A stretch of 51,825 nucleotides of DNA, filler included, from Squatina squatina (GCA_031763465.1; 3 parts of 3 records of this genome joined end to end with filler, not necessarily neighbours in it); one strand, 5' to 3'. Counted from the first letter of the whole stretch, positions 1 through 13,700 are shown. Program-made: numbers and translations. Notes: generated by a model not told the origin, from the letters alone.

Positions 1-819
1 TTATGAGATAGCCTTCCTAAGGCAGTCTCACCGTGCTTGGCTACAGTGCATTCAGTGCAGAGTCAGGTAGGGATCCCAACTTATGCTGCCATCTTGCACC
101 AATGCATAACCTGCACATTGATGCAGACGTGGCACTTTAGCTCTACCCTTAGACATAAACCTTTTAAACATAAATACAAACTTTATACATGTTACATATT
201 CAAGAAAGGCAATTACAAGGCAAGAAAGTATCTCTAAGCTGAAACAGAGTTTTTAAAAAAACATAGTTATTTCAAAAGATGGTTCAACTCCGAATTATAA
301 ATGGTGGGTGGCACACACGTATCGACCTTTGACAGGAAGTCCATCACTGTTGGACAAATTATGATAAGATGGTAACAATATTTACTGTTTTGTGAAAACA
401 CATAAATTAGAAGTCCCATCGGACAATTAATAGTTGACCCTGGTATTGGATTAGACAGGTGTAGAAATGTTTCAGTTGTACTCTAAGAATAACAGGAAAC
501 ACAGCTCTAACAGTGATTTAATGGGCCTGGGAGAGTAATACTTCAAACTCTGCTGTGAAGGTCAATGCTTTCCTTTTCAGCACAATCTTTTTCACCCACA
601 AATAATATTTAAATCTTGCCAGAACTGGTTATTTGTTGCATAGAAAATAAATACAATAAAAATAATCTGAATGGCAAGTTAATGTTTTTACTGTTTTCAA
701 CTACTATGCAATCTTGTAGTCAATTGTGCTTCAGTTATACTGTTGGATGATGCTGTTAGCATTTTTGGAGTGTGTGAACTGACAGTGTGCAGCTACATTT
801 TGTTCCTTACGCCTCTGGT

Positions 820-995
820 TAGGGCGGAGTGTGGGGTGCGTGAGGGGTGATGTGCAAAGAAGGTTTGGCAATCACTTTCCTTTGTAAACCTGCGCATGCA
901 CACTAGAGTCAACTAGCCATGCTCAATTACGCGCATGCACACGTGTGTTCGGACGTGTGTACATTTACTCGTACATGCATGTGTGACACGTGCAT
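820..995. promoter_or_regulatory. Possible promoter/enhancer-like motif cluster
   Basis: GC box GGGCGG 822-827; NRF1-like TGCGCATGCA 891-900 and GCGCATGCAC 931-940; E-boxes CACGTG 940-945 and 987-992; alternating purine-pyrimidine runs. Motifs only; no linked exon seen. Confidence 0.2.
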
Positions 996-1357
996 TCTTT
1001 GCTGCCTTGATACCAACAAACACAATGTGATGGATTGCGGGTGGCTTTTAGTCGATGTTTTATTGGTTGCAGTTATACTGCAGCTGAGGTGCACAGGGCG
1101 AAAAGAGGCAAATCACCTCACCCAGGTCTTACACACAGTCCAAACTCCAAACCACTATGAGTTTTATGCATTGAGTTCTACTGTATGTATTGTGTTGCTG
1201 TGACATGCCGTATAATAGGAGCATTACATACTGGCAACATCATTATCAATGCCGTGANNNNNNNNNNNNNNNNNNNNNNNNNNNNNNNNNNNNNNNNNNN
1301 NNNNNNNNNNNNNNNNNNNNNNNNNNNNNNNNNNNNNNNNNNNNNNNNNNNNNNNNN

Positions 1358-1490
1358 TGAAAAAGTTTTTCCTCATCTCGGTCCTAAATGGCTTCCCCCT
1401 TATCCTTAAACTGTGACCCCTGGTTCTGGACTTCGGGAACATTCTTCCTGCATCCAGCCTGTCCAGTCCCTTAAGAATTTTATATGTTTC
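1358..1490 (-). mobile_element. CR1 LINE fragment (3' part of ORF2)
   Basis: Minus strand reads ...SRTRGHSLRIRGKPFRTEMRKNFF (ORF 1224..1442), the TRGH...R..FF motif typical of the CR1 ORF2 C-terminus. Abuts an N gap. Confidence 0.85.
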
Positions 1491-2071
1491 TATAAAGTTG
1501 TGCTTCTACTGAAATCCTGGAGCCTGGGACGTTTCCATTTTGCAGAAAGCCCACATGATTTATATCCTGACTTGATTATCTTGGACTGACACAGGAAAAA
1601 CTGAAATAGATGTCATATTAACTATGACAGAGAAATATGAGCTAGGTTTCAACCAGGATCTGTGGTTATTTCTGAATCAGAGGAGTTCCATAAGCGATGA
1701 AGTCAGTTTCAAGGCTACAGTATCGACGTGCAAAACACTCACTGTGGTAACAGAGGGTGTGCTAAGGGATCTTTTGAGGTCATTAACAATCATATCAACT
1801 TTTCTTGCAAACTATAAGCTCTTGATAGTTGCCATTTAAAACAGCCAGTCAGCCCACAATTTTACAGCTCTAAAGACCGAATCACCCTTTGACCTAGAAA
1901 AGAAGATGCCTTACGAACGTAGCAAAAAGATTGTTGGTCCATCAAGTCTGTTGCATTGCAACTAGGCAACATGACCCTCACAGTTCCTCAACTACCACCA
2001 GCTACCTAACCTCCTGGGTGAGGAAGAAAAAAAACAGCTGTAAAACATAACCTAGGCTAATTCAGGGAATA

Positions 2072-2446
2072 AGGGGGCCGAAATTGTCCTTTTGCGTGCC
2101 TGTGGTTAGCGCCTCCGCGCGAACGGGGCGCAAAATATTTTTTGTCCGGGCGCGGCGATAACAGCGTTCCACCCCCAGGGGAATTAGGTGGGCATTTTGT
2201 GGAGGTGCTACGCTCCAGCCGGGAGCGCCCCGCTCGTCTCCGCGCGGCGATAATGACGTCAATCATCATGCGCAGCACCGTCACTTACCGCCTGATGGTG
2301 ACAAAAACAGCTTTCGCTGTCGAGTTGGAGTCGGCAGTCGGTTGGAGGAGTGCTATTTAAAGGCGCCATCTTGAAAAGAAATGTTGTCGGCCATTACTCT
2401 TTGCAGCTGGCAAACACAGAAGCAGAGGTTGGATCGCAGCAATTTT
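2072..2446. mobile_element. CpG-rich non-autonomous DNA transposon (Harbinger-like TIR family), truncated by gap
   Basis: Starts GGGGGCCGAAATTG. Shares AACGGGGC(G/A)CAA..ATTTTTTG.C.GGG and TGAC(G/A)TCA blocks with the element at 25783-26563. Superfamily inferred from the GGG-type terminus. Confidence 0.55.
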
Positions 2447-2546
2447 NNNNNNNNNNNNNNNNNNNNNNNNNNNNNNNNNNNNNNNNNNNNNNNNNNNNNN
2501 NNNNNNNNNNNNNNNNNNNNNNNNNNNNNNNNNNNNNNNNNNNNNN

Positions 2547-2856
2547 CAATGTTGGTGCAAAGAAAATCATGGATGCACAAGAGGCCAGAATTGGAGGAGC
2601 GCTGAGATCTCAGAGGGTTGTAGGGCTGGAGGAGATTACAGAGATAGGGAGGGGCGAGGCCATGGAAGGATTTGAAAATAAGGTTGAGAATTTAAAAACT
2701 GATGTTTTGCCAGAGCAGGAGCTAATATAGGTCAGCGAGCACAGGGTGATGGCTGAGCGGGACATGGTGCGAGTTAGGTTATGGGCAGCAGAGTTTTGGA
2801 TGCGCTTACATTTCTGGATGATAGGAGGCCGGCCAGGAGAGCATTGAAATGGTCAA
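2547..2856 (-). mobile_element. L2 LINE ORF2 C-terminal fragment (frameshifted)
   Basis: Minus strand gives IDHFNALLAGL and IQNSAAHNLTRT..RSAIT in different frames, matching the L2 pattern DY.N.LL.GLP...LQ..QN.AAR...HITP. Confidence 0.8.
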
Positions 2857-4456
2857 TAGTCATCTCAAGGTTTAATATTTTTCTCAGCATAGAGCTCTGG
2901 GGCAGTTGACTGTGATTTGACACCTTTATGCCAGTTGCCAAACTTTGCAGGATGACAGCAGCAGTGAATTTCAAATTCATATAGAAAAATCATACCACAA
3001 AAACAGGCAGGCATGGCACCGAAGAAAACAAGATCCATGTTAAAGCAGCCATTGTAATAATTAATCACTTTCAAATTGTTATATGTTTTTATTGCCTTAT
3101 TTTCATTTGAAATATATTTTAAAGCAGTTTAATGATGCATAATTCTAACATTCTGTCAGGAAATTAAGTTTTCACCTTTCATTCAATGCAGGGACCAACT
3201 GCTCAAAATTGGTGCAGAAATATTTGCACATTTCCAGAAGCCATTTTGTCAAAGTCATTTCTCCCCTCCCCCAGAACCAGTCAGTCATCTCCATTAGTTC
3301 TGCAGTTGACCTGCTCTACAATATTCAATCATCATTTTGATGAAAGTTCCTAACACAGTCCTCTCTGAAAGATTGCGTCCATTGAACTATTTAATTCCCA
3401 TTTCATTCCGTTTTCAGATATACACTGAAGCCAGGTGCAATGGAGCTCCGTTACTTAAGTCCTCAAAACAATAACTTCACTTCTTATCTTAAACAGTTAG
3501 GGAAACAAGAGCCTTGTATTTATTCCTCTCTGTAGCAGTGCTCCAGTTCAGAAAAGCTGACTTATATGTATCAGCATTGAAGTGTTTGCGTTGAAATNNN
3601 NNNNNNNNNNNNNNNNNNNNNNNNNNNNNNNNNNNNNNNNNNNNNNNNNNNNNNNNNNNNNNNNNNNNNNNNNNNNNNNNNNNNNNNNNNNNNNNNNCAG
3701 ATTTTCAAATGTTATACTATAAATGGGTTTCAATGTATGTACATATTGAAGTCGGCAATCTTCTAGTCCTTTAAAACTTTGTATTAAAAGTGAAACATTG
3801 AACTTTTGAAACAACTTCAAAGCTTGAAAGGAAAATTTATACAACTGAATACCTAATCTGTACACCTGTCAATGTCTCCCATAGCTTGTAGTTTATATTG
3901 GCGAGTTGTTTTGAAATCAATCTTTACAGCTATTTTTTTCACGACTGATATCATCCTCTGTGATCTGGGAAAAGTACACATCATTAAGCAGTTGTGAAAT
4001 TGCTGGGTAGAAAAGCATTTCAGCCAGCCGGTCAGCTCAGGCCTTTGCTTCTGACAGCAGTGCCTCCTGGTGTTTACAGCAAAAAGCAAAAACCAAACTG
4101 CTTTAGATGCAAATCTGAATATCACCAATATTGGTGGTGTACACCACCGCCAACAACAGCAGCAAGTGTTGTTAATTAGGAGTTTACAACAGTGCCGTCA
4201 ATTGGAGTTTACAATGGTGGCAAATTGGTACTGTAATATAAAAGTGGTATTAGTTTCTGCTTGTTATACTTTTGCTTGAACATTGATGTTTAGAAAGGGT
4301 CGAACAGAAAATACTTTGTGTAAATTTTCCTTAATCTTGGAAAATGAATAAGTGACATTGTGAATAGGAATAGCAAGCAGTAGGCAGAAAATTACAGATA
4401 TAGTACCGCCCTTTGCAACACTTTTGTAACTGTGCAGGGGGCAACACCCCATTTAA

Positions 4457-5208
4457 CAGCCCAGAATTTGCAGTCAGGATGACAGCAAACTGGCAGCATT
4501 CGCCGTCATTCTGCCTTTGAAACTGATGGTAGCTTCAGGATTTGGTGCATATGGCGAATCTTGAAGTTGCGGTCTGTTAATGACAGCTCTGAAACTGACT
4601 GCGCTGGGCCCATCCCCCCATCCCTCCATCCCCTGCCCCCACAGAGCCAGCAATCTGTGTAATCAGGGAAACTGACGAAAATTTTGACTCTTCCGCAGTA
4701 ATTACGCTGTTAAGTTCCCCACCAAAAGTTAGACCCAAAGGGATTAGCTGTAACTGGGGTTTTGACAGTGTTATTAATGCTGAACAAATGGTAAGGGCCT
4801 GGAAAACTAATTTTAATTTTGTGCAGTGTGAAATTTATCCCTTTTAATAAATATTAAAATTAAGAAACTTTCCAAAATAAGTTAACTTTTTTTTAAAGTT
4901 TGACCATCTTTATTTCAAGTTTGCCTTTTCCCCATTTGAGAGCCCCAATCTTTGTTTTGCTCTAAAATTCTAAAAAAGTTAGAATTTTAAGAGCTCACTC
5001 ACTTCCTTGTTCACTGTATGTTTTGATTGGCTGCTCAGTGTGTTGACTTCACAGCAGTTTGCACAAGAGCATCCCCACTATACTTCGTTGAATTGAAGGT
5101 CTGAAACCGAAGTTCTCGACACAGGGATCGTGAGGTCCTTGTGCAAAACGTACTTCGGGGCCAGCAATGAACGCCTTCACTTCGTTGCTGATCGCAAATT
5201 ACGGGCCA
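4457..5208. mobile_element. MITE / non-autonomous TIR DNA transposon (~750 bp, Harbinger-like)
   Basis: Imperfect terminal inverted repeats: left CAGCCCAGAATTTGCAGTCAG vs reverse complement of right end TGGCCCGTAATTTGCGATCAG. Flanked by TAA (left) and TTA (right). No coding capacity. Confidence 0.6.
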
Positions 5209-6277
5209 TTACCTATCTGGTGCCGATCCTCAGTTTTGATTCCTTTTACATCTTTTCAGGTAGAAATAGGATTTCAACTCGGGACTTAGCCAAGAATCTG
5301 ATGTGCTACTATAATTCTCATGTCATACTGAGATTTGAATTTACATCTAAGGTCCCTTTCAGTTTTGGAGGAAAATTCCAAAAGGCAAAACCAAAAATAA
5401 AACAAATGTTTGTTCCAAGAACACTGGACACAAAAGGAGCAAAATTATGATTGGTGCTGTTCTTGTTTGAGCGCTTAACGTATTTGTACCAAATTCCTCT
5501 CTGCTATTTAAGACTCGGGCATTAACTAACAGGTTAGTGCTTGCAGAGAGTACAGAAGGGGATATGGAGCACATTAAGCATTTATACAAGAACAGTGCTG
5601 TCTGTAAATTGTACTCCAACATGTTTTGATTGTTCTGTACATTTCTTTAGGTCTGCTGAGAATCAGATATGTGCAGACTTTATTTTTTAGGTGAGTGCGT
5701 TGCAGAAAAACTACCAAGTACATTTTCTTCCCAGCAAACGCAAATGTCTTTGAGACCTGGAACATCTAATGCAGCTTTCTTTGTTGAAGTTCTATTATGA
5801 TTTTTTTTGTAAAGCCACCTTTGAGATACTCATGAAAGAGAGTGCATCCTCTTGTTGGAGGAGCTCTGTAGGTTCAGTAGAAATAATAATACAATGCTTC
5901 AAGGTTCATTTCATTTCTTTCAACTCAAGCACTTTCTAAACTAAAAACATTTAATTTTAGACTGTTATAATGAAATTGCACAACTTCTACTTTATTCAGA
6001 AGCCTAGGTGAAGGTTCAAGGCACACCCAACGCTGAGACAAGGTAAATGAAGTGTGTTTGGTTTAAAAAATGTTGAATGTAGGATGAATGTGGGAAACTG
6101 AGGGATGTAAGAAGTGATAATAGATTACAGGTCTGGGAAACAATGAGTTAGAATAGATGTTGCAAAGAGTCTGATTTCAACACAGTGAGGACATCTTATA
6201 GAATAATGGTTGGAAGTGAGTCACCCATAAAATACTAGTTTATTTTCAACTATTTTCTAATTTCTCATCATTGCATG

Positions 6278-6444
6278 CAATGTTCCCGTTAAGGTGCGCG
6301 GCCGTGCAATAACCTGAAAGGTCCCGCGCAGGCTACTCACTGACTTTTACATTGTAAATACCACGCACGTGCAGAAATTTAAAGGGACCACGCATTTAAA
6401 GAAACAGGCCGCGCGCAACAAAGTATAGCTTACAGGGGACATTG
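6278..6444. mobile_element. Small MITE (167 bp) with hAT-like TIRs
   Basis: Left end CAATGTTCCCGTTAAG vs reverse complement of right end CAATGTCCCCTGTAAG. CpG-rich interior in AT-rich flanks. No clear 8-bp TSD retained. Confidence 0.65.
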
Positions 6445-9400
6445 GACTTGGCCACTACTATTTGTAAGGCAGAAGGAAATATCCAATGATGGTGCACGAT
6501 TGTGAAGCCAATAATAAAGGGCTGCTCTCATCAGAGAAATTGTTTGGGCCCTACAGGAGGGGAAGCTTGTGAGGGTGGAAAAGATGCCTTCTCCGTACTA
6601 AACGTTTATCCGGAACTGTGCATGCACACCTCACTTGTTTTCACTGCACTCAGGTTTAGAAGTCTTCCTCTGTGTCAACGCACTAGTTAAGCGGGTAACA
6701 CTTTCTTGAAAACCTCTTTGATAAACTTCCCCTCCTCCCCGTCTCCGCCCCAATAATTTGTAATCACACAACTAAGTGGGCTAAATTGCATCACTTATGC
6801 ACGGCTTCATTGCACTTATGTACTGCACCATCATATTGTAAACTAGCCACGATTCTTCTAACTCTTCATCTGCCCCAAATGAACATCTTCTCACAAAGTT
6901 AGTCGCCCTTTAAAATGACCTACTTCTTTCTTGGCTAAACTTGTGTACATATATATTTCAAATATTTTCTCTGACATCCAGGGTCAAGTTGGTGATTGGG
7001 CCAAGGGAAGTTGATCAAGGAGGCATTGTCAGCCCAGCAAACTCCTTTGCCAGATACTTAAAAAAAGAACACCACACTCAATGATGATGTCCTTGTCTGG
7101 CCAATCACATTCGGTACAATAAGTTTATCATTTCAGTTTCCATCAAACTGATTTAAAAATTAGGAAAACTGCATCAAAACGTTTTGCTTCAGTTCAGGTT
7201 TTGTCTGCATAGTTCACAATAGGTGTTGTTGCTGAAAACTCCTTAAAATGATGACGCTGTATCTTTAAGTAAATGTAACATGAGCAGTGTTTCAAACTAG
7301 TGAATGCAGTCAAGTACAAGGGTAAAGGTTAATAGTTCAACAGTCTGGTGTCATGACTGTGAGGTTGCATTGAAGTTACAAGTATATAGTTTGATTGGAA
7401 TTCCATGGCTATTATTTCAAAGTTGAGTGAAGTTTTTATATTATCTGTAAAAACTGACAAACACCTTCTCTCTGAAATGTTCCTGATTTATTTATTTTCC
7501 CCCTTCGGTGCTGCCTTACATTCCTCANNNNNNNNNNNNNNNNNNNNNNNNNNNNNNNNNNNNNNNNNNNNNNNNNNNNNNNNNNNNNNNNNNNNNNNNN
7601 NNNNNNNNNNNNNNNNNNNNNNNNNNNGGTAATCCTCCTCAGCCTCAATAACAGACAGCCTGAAAATAGGTGGACTCACTACAAGTATCAAGTTACTTTA
7701 TCTTGTCTGCTTGTTTAGTCTATTGTCCTCTGTGGATCAGAGAAATATTTTTCCTCACTTCAGCTACTGAAAATAGAAACAGTGGCAAAAGTTCCTAAGA
7801 GGTTCAAAAGCGTTACAGTAAACACAATAGTGCATGCTCTGCCCAGGAGTGCAAGACATTTTGTCAACCTTAACATTTAAGGGCAAACGCGTTTTGAACT
7901 GTTGGTGAAAACATAGCTGGTCTGATCTGGGCTTTGGGTTTTTTTTAAAGAAAATTACAACGAAGCAAAACATGGAACGCTACATGCTTTGAAATTCTAA
8001 TATGGGTATAATCTTTCCTCCAACAATAAAGGAAAACCGTGCTTTGAATTGCTAGTTGCACAAGAATTGACACATGTGTTGAGCAGAGAAAAAAGAAATG
8101 ACTCCAGAAAAATGCTCAGCTCCATATGTCGTGAGAATGTGGCAGCAGCACAGCTGATTACTTCAGCTCAGGGTGACCGGTGCATGGGAGACACTGCAAC
8201 CCGATTCTGAAAATTCCTGGTGACTGTCCCACAGATGGAAAAGTTGACATTTTGGGGATTAAATAGCACCAGAGTGAGTTAAAGTTGGCACAGCTGGAGC
8301 GACTTGGCTTGCAAGCCACACGGAGACTTGGGTTGTTTTCTTCTTCTCCTTATTTTCGGCATCCACTTGGACGAATCACAAAATTTTTTTTTTCTGTTAA
8401 AAGAACATTCAAGTACCTCTTTAATGAACCAGCTGATTGATTGATTGAATAAAATACACCCTGACCTAGTAAATACAAAAAGGGGAAATTTACACACAGT
8501 GACACAGCCAAAGCTGTAATCATAGCACCCCAATCCAAGAAATAATTCAACTTTTCATTGGAATCAACCCAAATGCAGTAATNNNNNNNNNNNNNNNNNN
8601 NNNNNNNNNNNNNNNNNNNNNNNNNNNNNNNNNNNNNNNNNNNNNNNNNNNNNNNNNNNNNNNNNNNNNNNNNNNNNNNNNNGTAAATTGAGGACTTTAA
8701 ATTACATTTTAAAGGAGCAAACGTCCTTCAGTCACTGAGACTTTAATCGGATCCTAATTATTATTTGGCCCTGTGCGAACCAGCACCAGGCTGATTAAAG
8801 GTTGCACACCGACTGCTATTCTTCTCTTTAAGGATGTAGTTGGACAGCTGGATGAGATTAAAGCTCCCTGTACTGGATTTGGGAAGTGCCAATCTCTCTA
8901 AAAAAAAAATGAAAAGCTTTTAGAAGTTACCACTGAACCCAATGTAGTGGCCACGTTATCAACCATATTACCAGGATGTGTTCTCTAGTATGGTCCTTCT
9001 CTTGTCCCACAGCAGCCTAGCAATCAGACAAATAATGTCACAAAAAACAAACTATAATTTTAGGTGCAAGCCCCACAGTTTCTGATCTCCAAAAGAGTTC
9101 TGTCTGCCAGTGAATTCACCTCTAGAAATCGGGTGCATGAGAGTTCAGAACTAGTGCTGGGTAAACGCCCTCAACAGATTCACAGCTACATCCCTTGTTG
9201 CACACAACGGACNNNNNNNNNNNNNNNNNNNNNNNNNNNNNNNNNNNNNNNNNNNNNNNNNNNNNNNNNNNNNNNNNNNNNNNNNNNNNNNNNNNNNNNN
9301 NNNNNNNNNNNNGTTAAATAAACCACCTTATCCATTTGGAGTAGAAACAGCAGAAATTCCATGAGGGTTTTACAGGTTTCAGTTACATCAGGCCTCTGCT

Positions 9401-11081
9401 GTTTTCCTGGTAAAGGGCGGAACATCCTCCGGCCATTACAGGGCAAATGATGGGCGTGGGGTGGGAATTCTCTAAATTGGGAGTTCCTGATCTTCGCCCC
9501 TGCATAGATAGCTGACAGATCAGAGGAGGCTAGTACGCTGTGAAGGATGAGGCATACAGGCACCTACAAGAGCACATGCGCGCTCCACCAGTGGAGTTCT
9601 GGCCTGTCAAGGAGCCTGGACTTCCCCCCACCTACCACCACCATTCACCGAGTTGACAATAAAAATGATTTCTGAATGAGTTCCCCTCGCTTGGGGCTCG
9701 ATCAGAGCTGTGGCTAGGCGGCCTCCCATTTCCTGGAGGGGGCAGGTGGGCCCCATGCCAATGGAATGCCCTTCAAACTCTGGTAGGGGTTATTTTTGGA
9801 GACTGCCAGCAGGCACGACCCCTGTGCAACTGTTGGGATCGCCACTTGTAGAATTCTGGGCAAATGGTGTCTGTATATGTCTTCAGCAGGAGGGAATGCA
9901 GAAGGGAAATTTGGTTAATTTCTATAGCTGGAATTGTCAATTTGAAAGTCAACACAGCTAACATTTACACAAACACGTGGATAGTTAGACTTATTGCAAT
10001 AATCCTTCTGAATTCTACCTTGCTGCCACAAAGTTACCTAAGTGGCGTTTGGACAATTTTCCATCTAATGTTTGGCCTTGCAATTTGGCCATGAGCAGCT
10101 TTGTATTCTCAATGCAACCCAATTTGCCACCACCCTCAATGCAGTCACACCTTTGGAATTGTGAACGGACAGTAATGGTTAGATGTAAAGGTAAATGATT
10201 AAAAGCAAACCATTAAAAGTACAATGATGTCATGTTAACATAGCGACCCACTGCCGATGTTATCTACTGTTTAGTCAATTTAGTCAGTACATGAATCAGT
10301 TTCAGTATTCTAACAAAAGCTACGGCTAAAAATGTAAAATTGATATTGTAAATGTTTGAAGCTGTTTTTAGAAATGAGATCAGTTGTAGTGTGATGCTGA
10401 TCTGACAACCATTGGTGCCAATGTATTGGGGTTTCCAGTATAGGATGTTCTTGGCTGTTCTGTGGACTGAGCTACCAAAAATATCCCCAAAACAGTGACC
10501 CTTTCAGTGTTTCAATAATGGGCCAATGCACAGTACAGTGACCTCTCGTGTGGGTAGAGTGAAGATTTGTGCTCAACTTGGTGTGTGAATGATGATGGTA
10601 TTGGGTGGAGGGGGGGAGGTAATATCATGATGTGCCTAGATTACTGTCTCACGAGATGAGACATCAACTCCTACTCACCTGCAGACTGCATCCATTTCAT
10701 AAGCTGCCTAGCAAGAGCGAAATAAGTGACGGTGGCCTGGATTAACCTATCTCATCTGCCAGCAGAATGAATCTCGGGACCAGAGAGGTGCCATTCAACA
10801 ATGTTCAAACAATTCACATATATACATATACATGTGTTTCATTAAAGTACCCTTGGGGGCATAAGGTTACGATATATCCTTCCCTTCTCTCCAATAAAAT
10901 AAAGTAAAACATACAGCTCCTTTAAATCCTGGAGAACTTAAATTTACAAGTCTGGCAATGCTCATAACAACTTGATGAGCANNNNNNNNNNNNNNNNNNN
11001 NNNNNNNNNNNNNNNNNNNNNNNNNNNNNNNNNNNNNNNNNNNNNNNNNNNNNNNNNNNNNNNNNNNNNNNNNNNNNNNNN

Positions 11082-11137
11082 CCTTAGCGCCCCTCAGAGG
11101 CACTAATGAGGCGTTACAGGAGCTCAATTTCTGCTCC
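11082..11137. mobile_element. Terminal fragment of the CpG-rich TIR family
   Basis: Reverse complement GGAGCAGAAATTGAGCTCCTGTAACGCCTCATTAGTGCCTCTGAGGGGCGCTAAGG aligns to 28253-28310 (GGGGCCAAAATTGATCTCCTGTAATGCCCCATTAGCACCTCAGAGGGGCGCTAATGG). The remainder lies in the N gap. Confidence 0.7.
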
Positions 11138-12664
11138 TCTGTGTGTGGAAGAAAAGTGTACACTGTTATAAGTGGTGAACACTGCTCACTAGTTGCTGAA
11201 TATGGCTGCTTTCTTCTGGCTTTTTGTGACTGTAAAGGGGTATTTCACAAACTAGAGCCAAAATAAATGAAAAAAAAACAACATTGGCAAGTCTAACATT
11301 TCACGTCTGGTGCTCTGCAGCATACTTACTGAAATTATACAAGCACATGCACACCCAGTGACCTATTAATAAGGGCCTCTCATCATAACAAACTTTTTTA
11401 CTGGCCCCATTACAGTCAATAACAAAGTTACTGACTACAATGAACAGAGTTTTCCATAAGGAATCCTGACAAAAGCAATTACATTGCTGAGTACCATAGA
11501 TTTGTAAAGAGAAGTTTTGACCCTACACATAACAACATAAAGAATGCATTTTATAGGAAGTGAAATTTCAGACATTCAGAACTTCCCCTTTGACCCTTTT
11601 ACCTAGTTCTGCTCCCTTCAACTCCCCTCTCTCACTAAAACACTGACTGAAATTGAAGTCACTCTCAGTTTGAATTTACAAAATTACGGATCTCATAAGT
11701 AAAAGAAAAAGGTCTTTTTTTTTTTAGGTGAGAGACACTTTAATAACTATTGATGCTGCCTCGTTCAAAAATAACACTTTTACTTCCTTCTGTGCAAATA
11801 ATTTCAACTATTAAATAGAATCTAGGCAAACCGTTTTGATATTGTGCACCTCACCGCCCCACCTTCCCAATTCCCGGCCCAGCCACATTCGCTGGAGTTT
11901 CCAGTATCTAGATGCCATGGGCACCCGCTGTCAGCAGGCAAATTAAGGAATCTCCCCTTGGCCCTGGAAAGTCTCCCAACATGTGTACCTCGGCACTTTC
12001 ACTGAGATGCGTCCATTTGCAGAATGTGGCTAACATATTCACTAACATTGAAAAATATAGCTAGGAAGACACTAACCCAACCGTAGGTTGATGTGAAACA
12101 CTTGTAGATAAACAGTCATGACACAGTCTTGCATTTTTGAAAATCATGAGTATGACACTTCCTGAAAAATTAGCACCTCTGGAACTAGGGGAAGATGAGA
12201 CAGGTAAGTTAGTGATGTGACAGATTCTGCTCAAAGCAGTCAGTTATTTCAGGGAAAGGTAAGCACTGTGTAGGTTCCCTTTGTTCTGTATTAAGTTGAT
12301 GACCAAGACGCATTGATGGCATGCATCCAAACCTAATCAACCTCGTTAAAGAAGACAACTATCCTAAATCATATTTGATTGTTTCAATCCATGCCTGGCT
12401 GGCTAATCTAGTTTACACAGGTTCCTTCACAATGTTACTTTCTATGGATTCATATTGGTGATAGTTAACTCAAAACAACATTTCCTGTTTAATTGGCTGT
12501 CAAAAACCAGTGTAACTGGAAAAGTATGAATACCTTACCAAGATAAAATTAGATTCCATGCATTTCTTTTCTGTAATGTGTGTCTGTCCAGACACTGTTC
12601 ATTGAGGACTAACTTCAATGTATCAGTTTTTTAAATCAAAGGAAAAAGACTCCCTTTCGGCTCC

Positions 12665-13190
12665 TGGACCCTCAGGGGGGAATTTTTCAGTGGGTGGCAG
12701 GTCGGGTGGGAAAATGTTTTCTTTTGATAGTGGATCGGGACCTCTCTGTCGAGCCACCATCACGCACCTTTTCCAGACGTCGGGTCTGTCAGCGCTGAAC
12801 AGACTCGACATGCAGTGGCAGGAAAAGCAACTCAGGTCATTATGACCTGTGAACAGTCAATGAAGAAGTATTTTGAGCTCACCTTTACCTGTTAGACAGT
12901 TGCCCACAAGGTCCACGCTGCTCGGGGATCAAGTTAGGTAAGGAGGTCTGTGACCATGGAATCATCTTATTACTTGACAGCTGCAGCTATGCTATAAAAG
13001 CTCCCATCTCACAGCTGTTCACTTTCCAAGCTCAGAAGGTGTTGCTTACACCATTTGGAATGCAGATTGAGCTTTATGCAGGCTGCAAGTGTTTGGAGCA
13101 AACTCTCTATCTAGTGGCACCTCCTTGGAACAACCTCTCTCACCACTGACAGATCGCTTCACCTGTCATCTATTACATCACAATCATTGT
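12665..13190. mobile_element. Decayed GC-rich DNA-transposon-like fragment (possibly Harbinger-related)
   Basis: Abrupt GC/CpG-rich block starting ...GGGGGGAATTTTTCAG. Resembles shark Harbinger-type terminal sequence from memory only. Boundaries approximate. Confidence 0.3.
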
Positions 13191-13549
13191 CCTTGAAAAT
13201 ATGTCACTTTGGTCCTCAGTATCCCACCATGATCAGCCTCAACACCAACAGCACCAGTGTAGAATTCAGGCTGGAATTCTCATTTTGCCCACAGAAAAGT
13301 ATGGATGGCGGNNNNNNNNNNNNNNNNNNNNNNNNNNNNNNNNNNNNNNNNNNNNNNNNNNNNNNNNNNNNNNNNNNNNNNNNNNNNNNNNNNNNNNNNN
13401 NNNNNNNNNNNCTGGAAACACCAGGCCAATCGGAAGGGTTGGTAACCCCTACCACTCTTGTTGGTAGAAACAGGTCCGAGACATTACACATAGGGTCATT
13501 ACAAATTACACATTGCAAATCTGGCTGAACGTATTCCTGGATGTTTCAT

Positions 13550-13700
13550 CAAATGATCTCCAGCCTCAACAGCTTTTTGGGGGAGAGAGTTCCAGATTTC
13601 CACTATCCTTTGTGTGAAGAAGTTCTTCCTGACATCATCCCTGAACAGCCCAGCTCTCACTTGAAGGTGACGCACCCTTATTCTGGACTCCCCCCACCAG
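13550..13700 (-). mobile_element. CR1 LINE 3' ORF2 fragment
   Basis: Minus strand encodes FRDDVRKNFFTQRIVEIWNSLP, matching the CR1 hallmark R..FF..RVV..WN.LP. Confidence 0.75.

Noticed and set aside
10430-10795. LF-SINE-like ancient repeat
   Set aside because: Only short, patchy resemblance from memory. It needs an nhmmer/Dfam search before it can be called.
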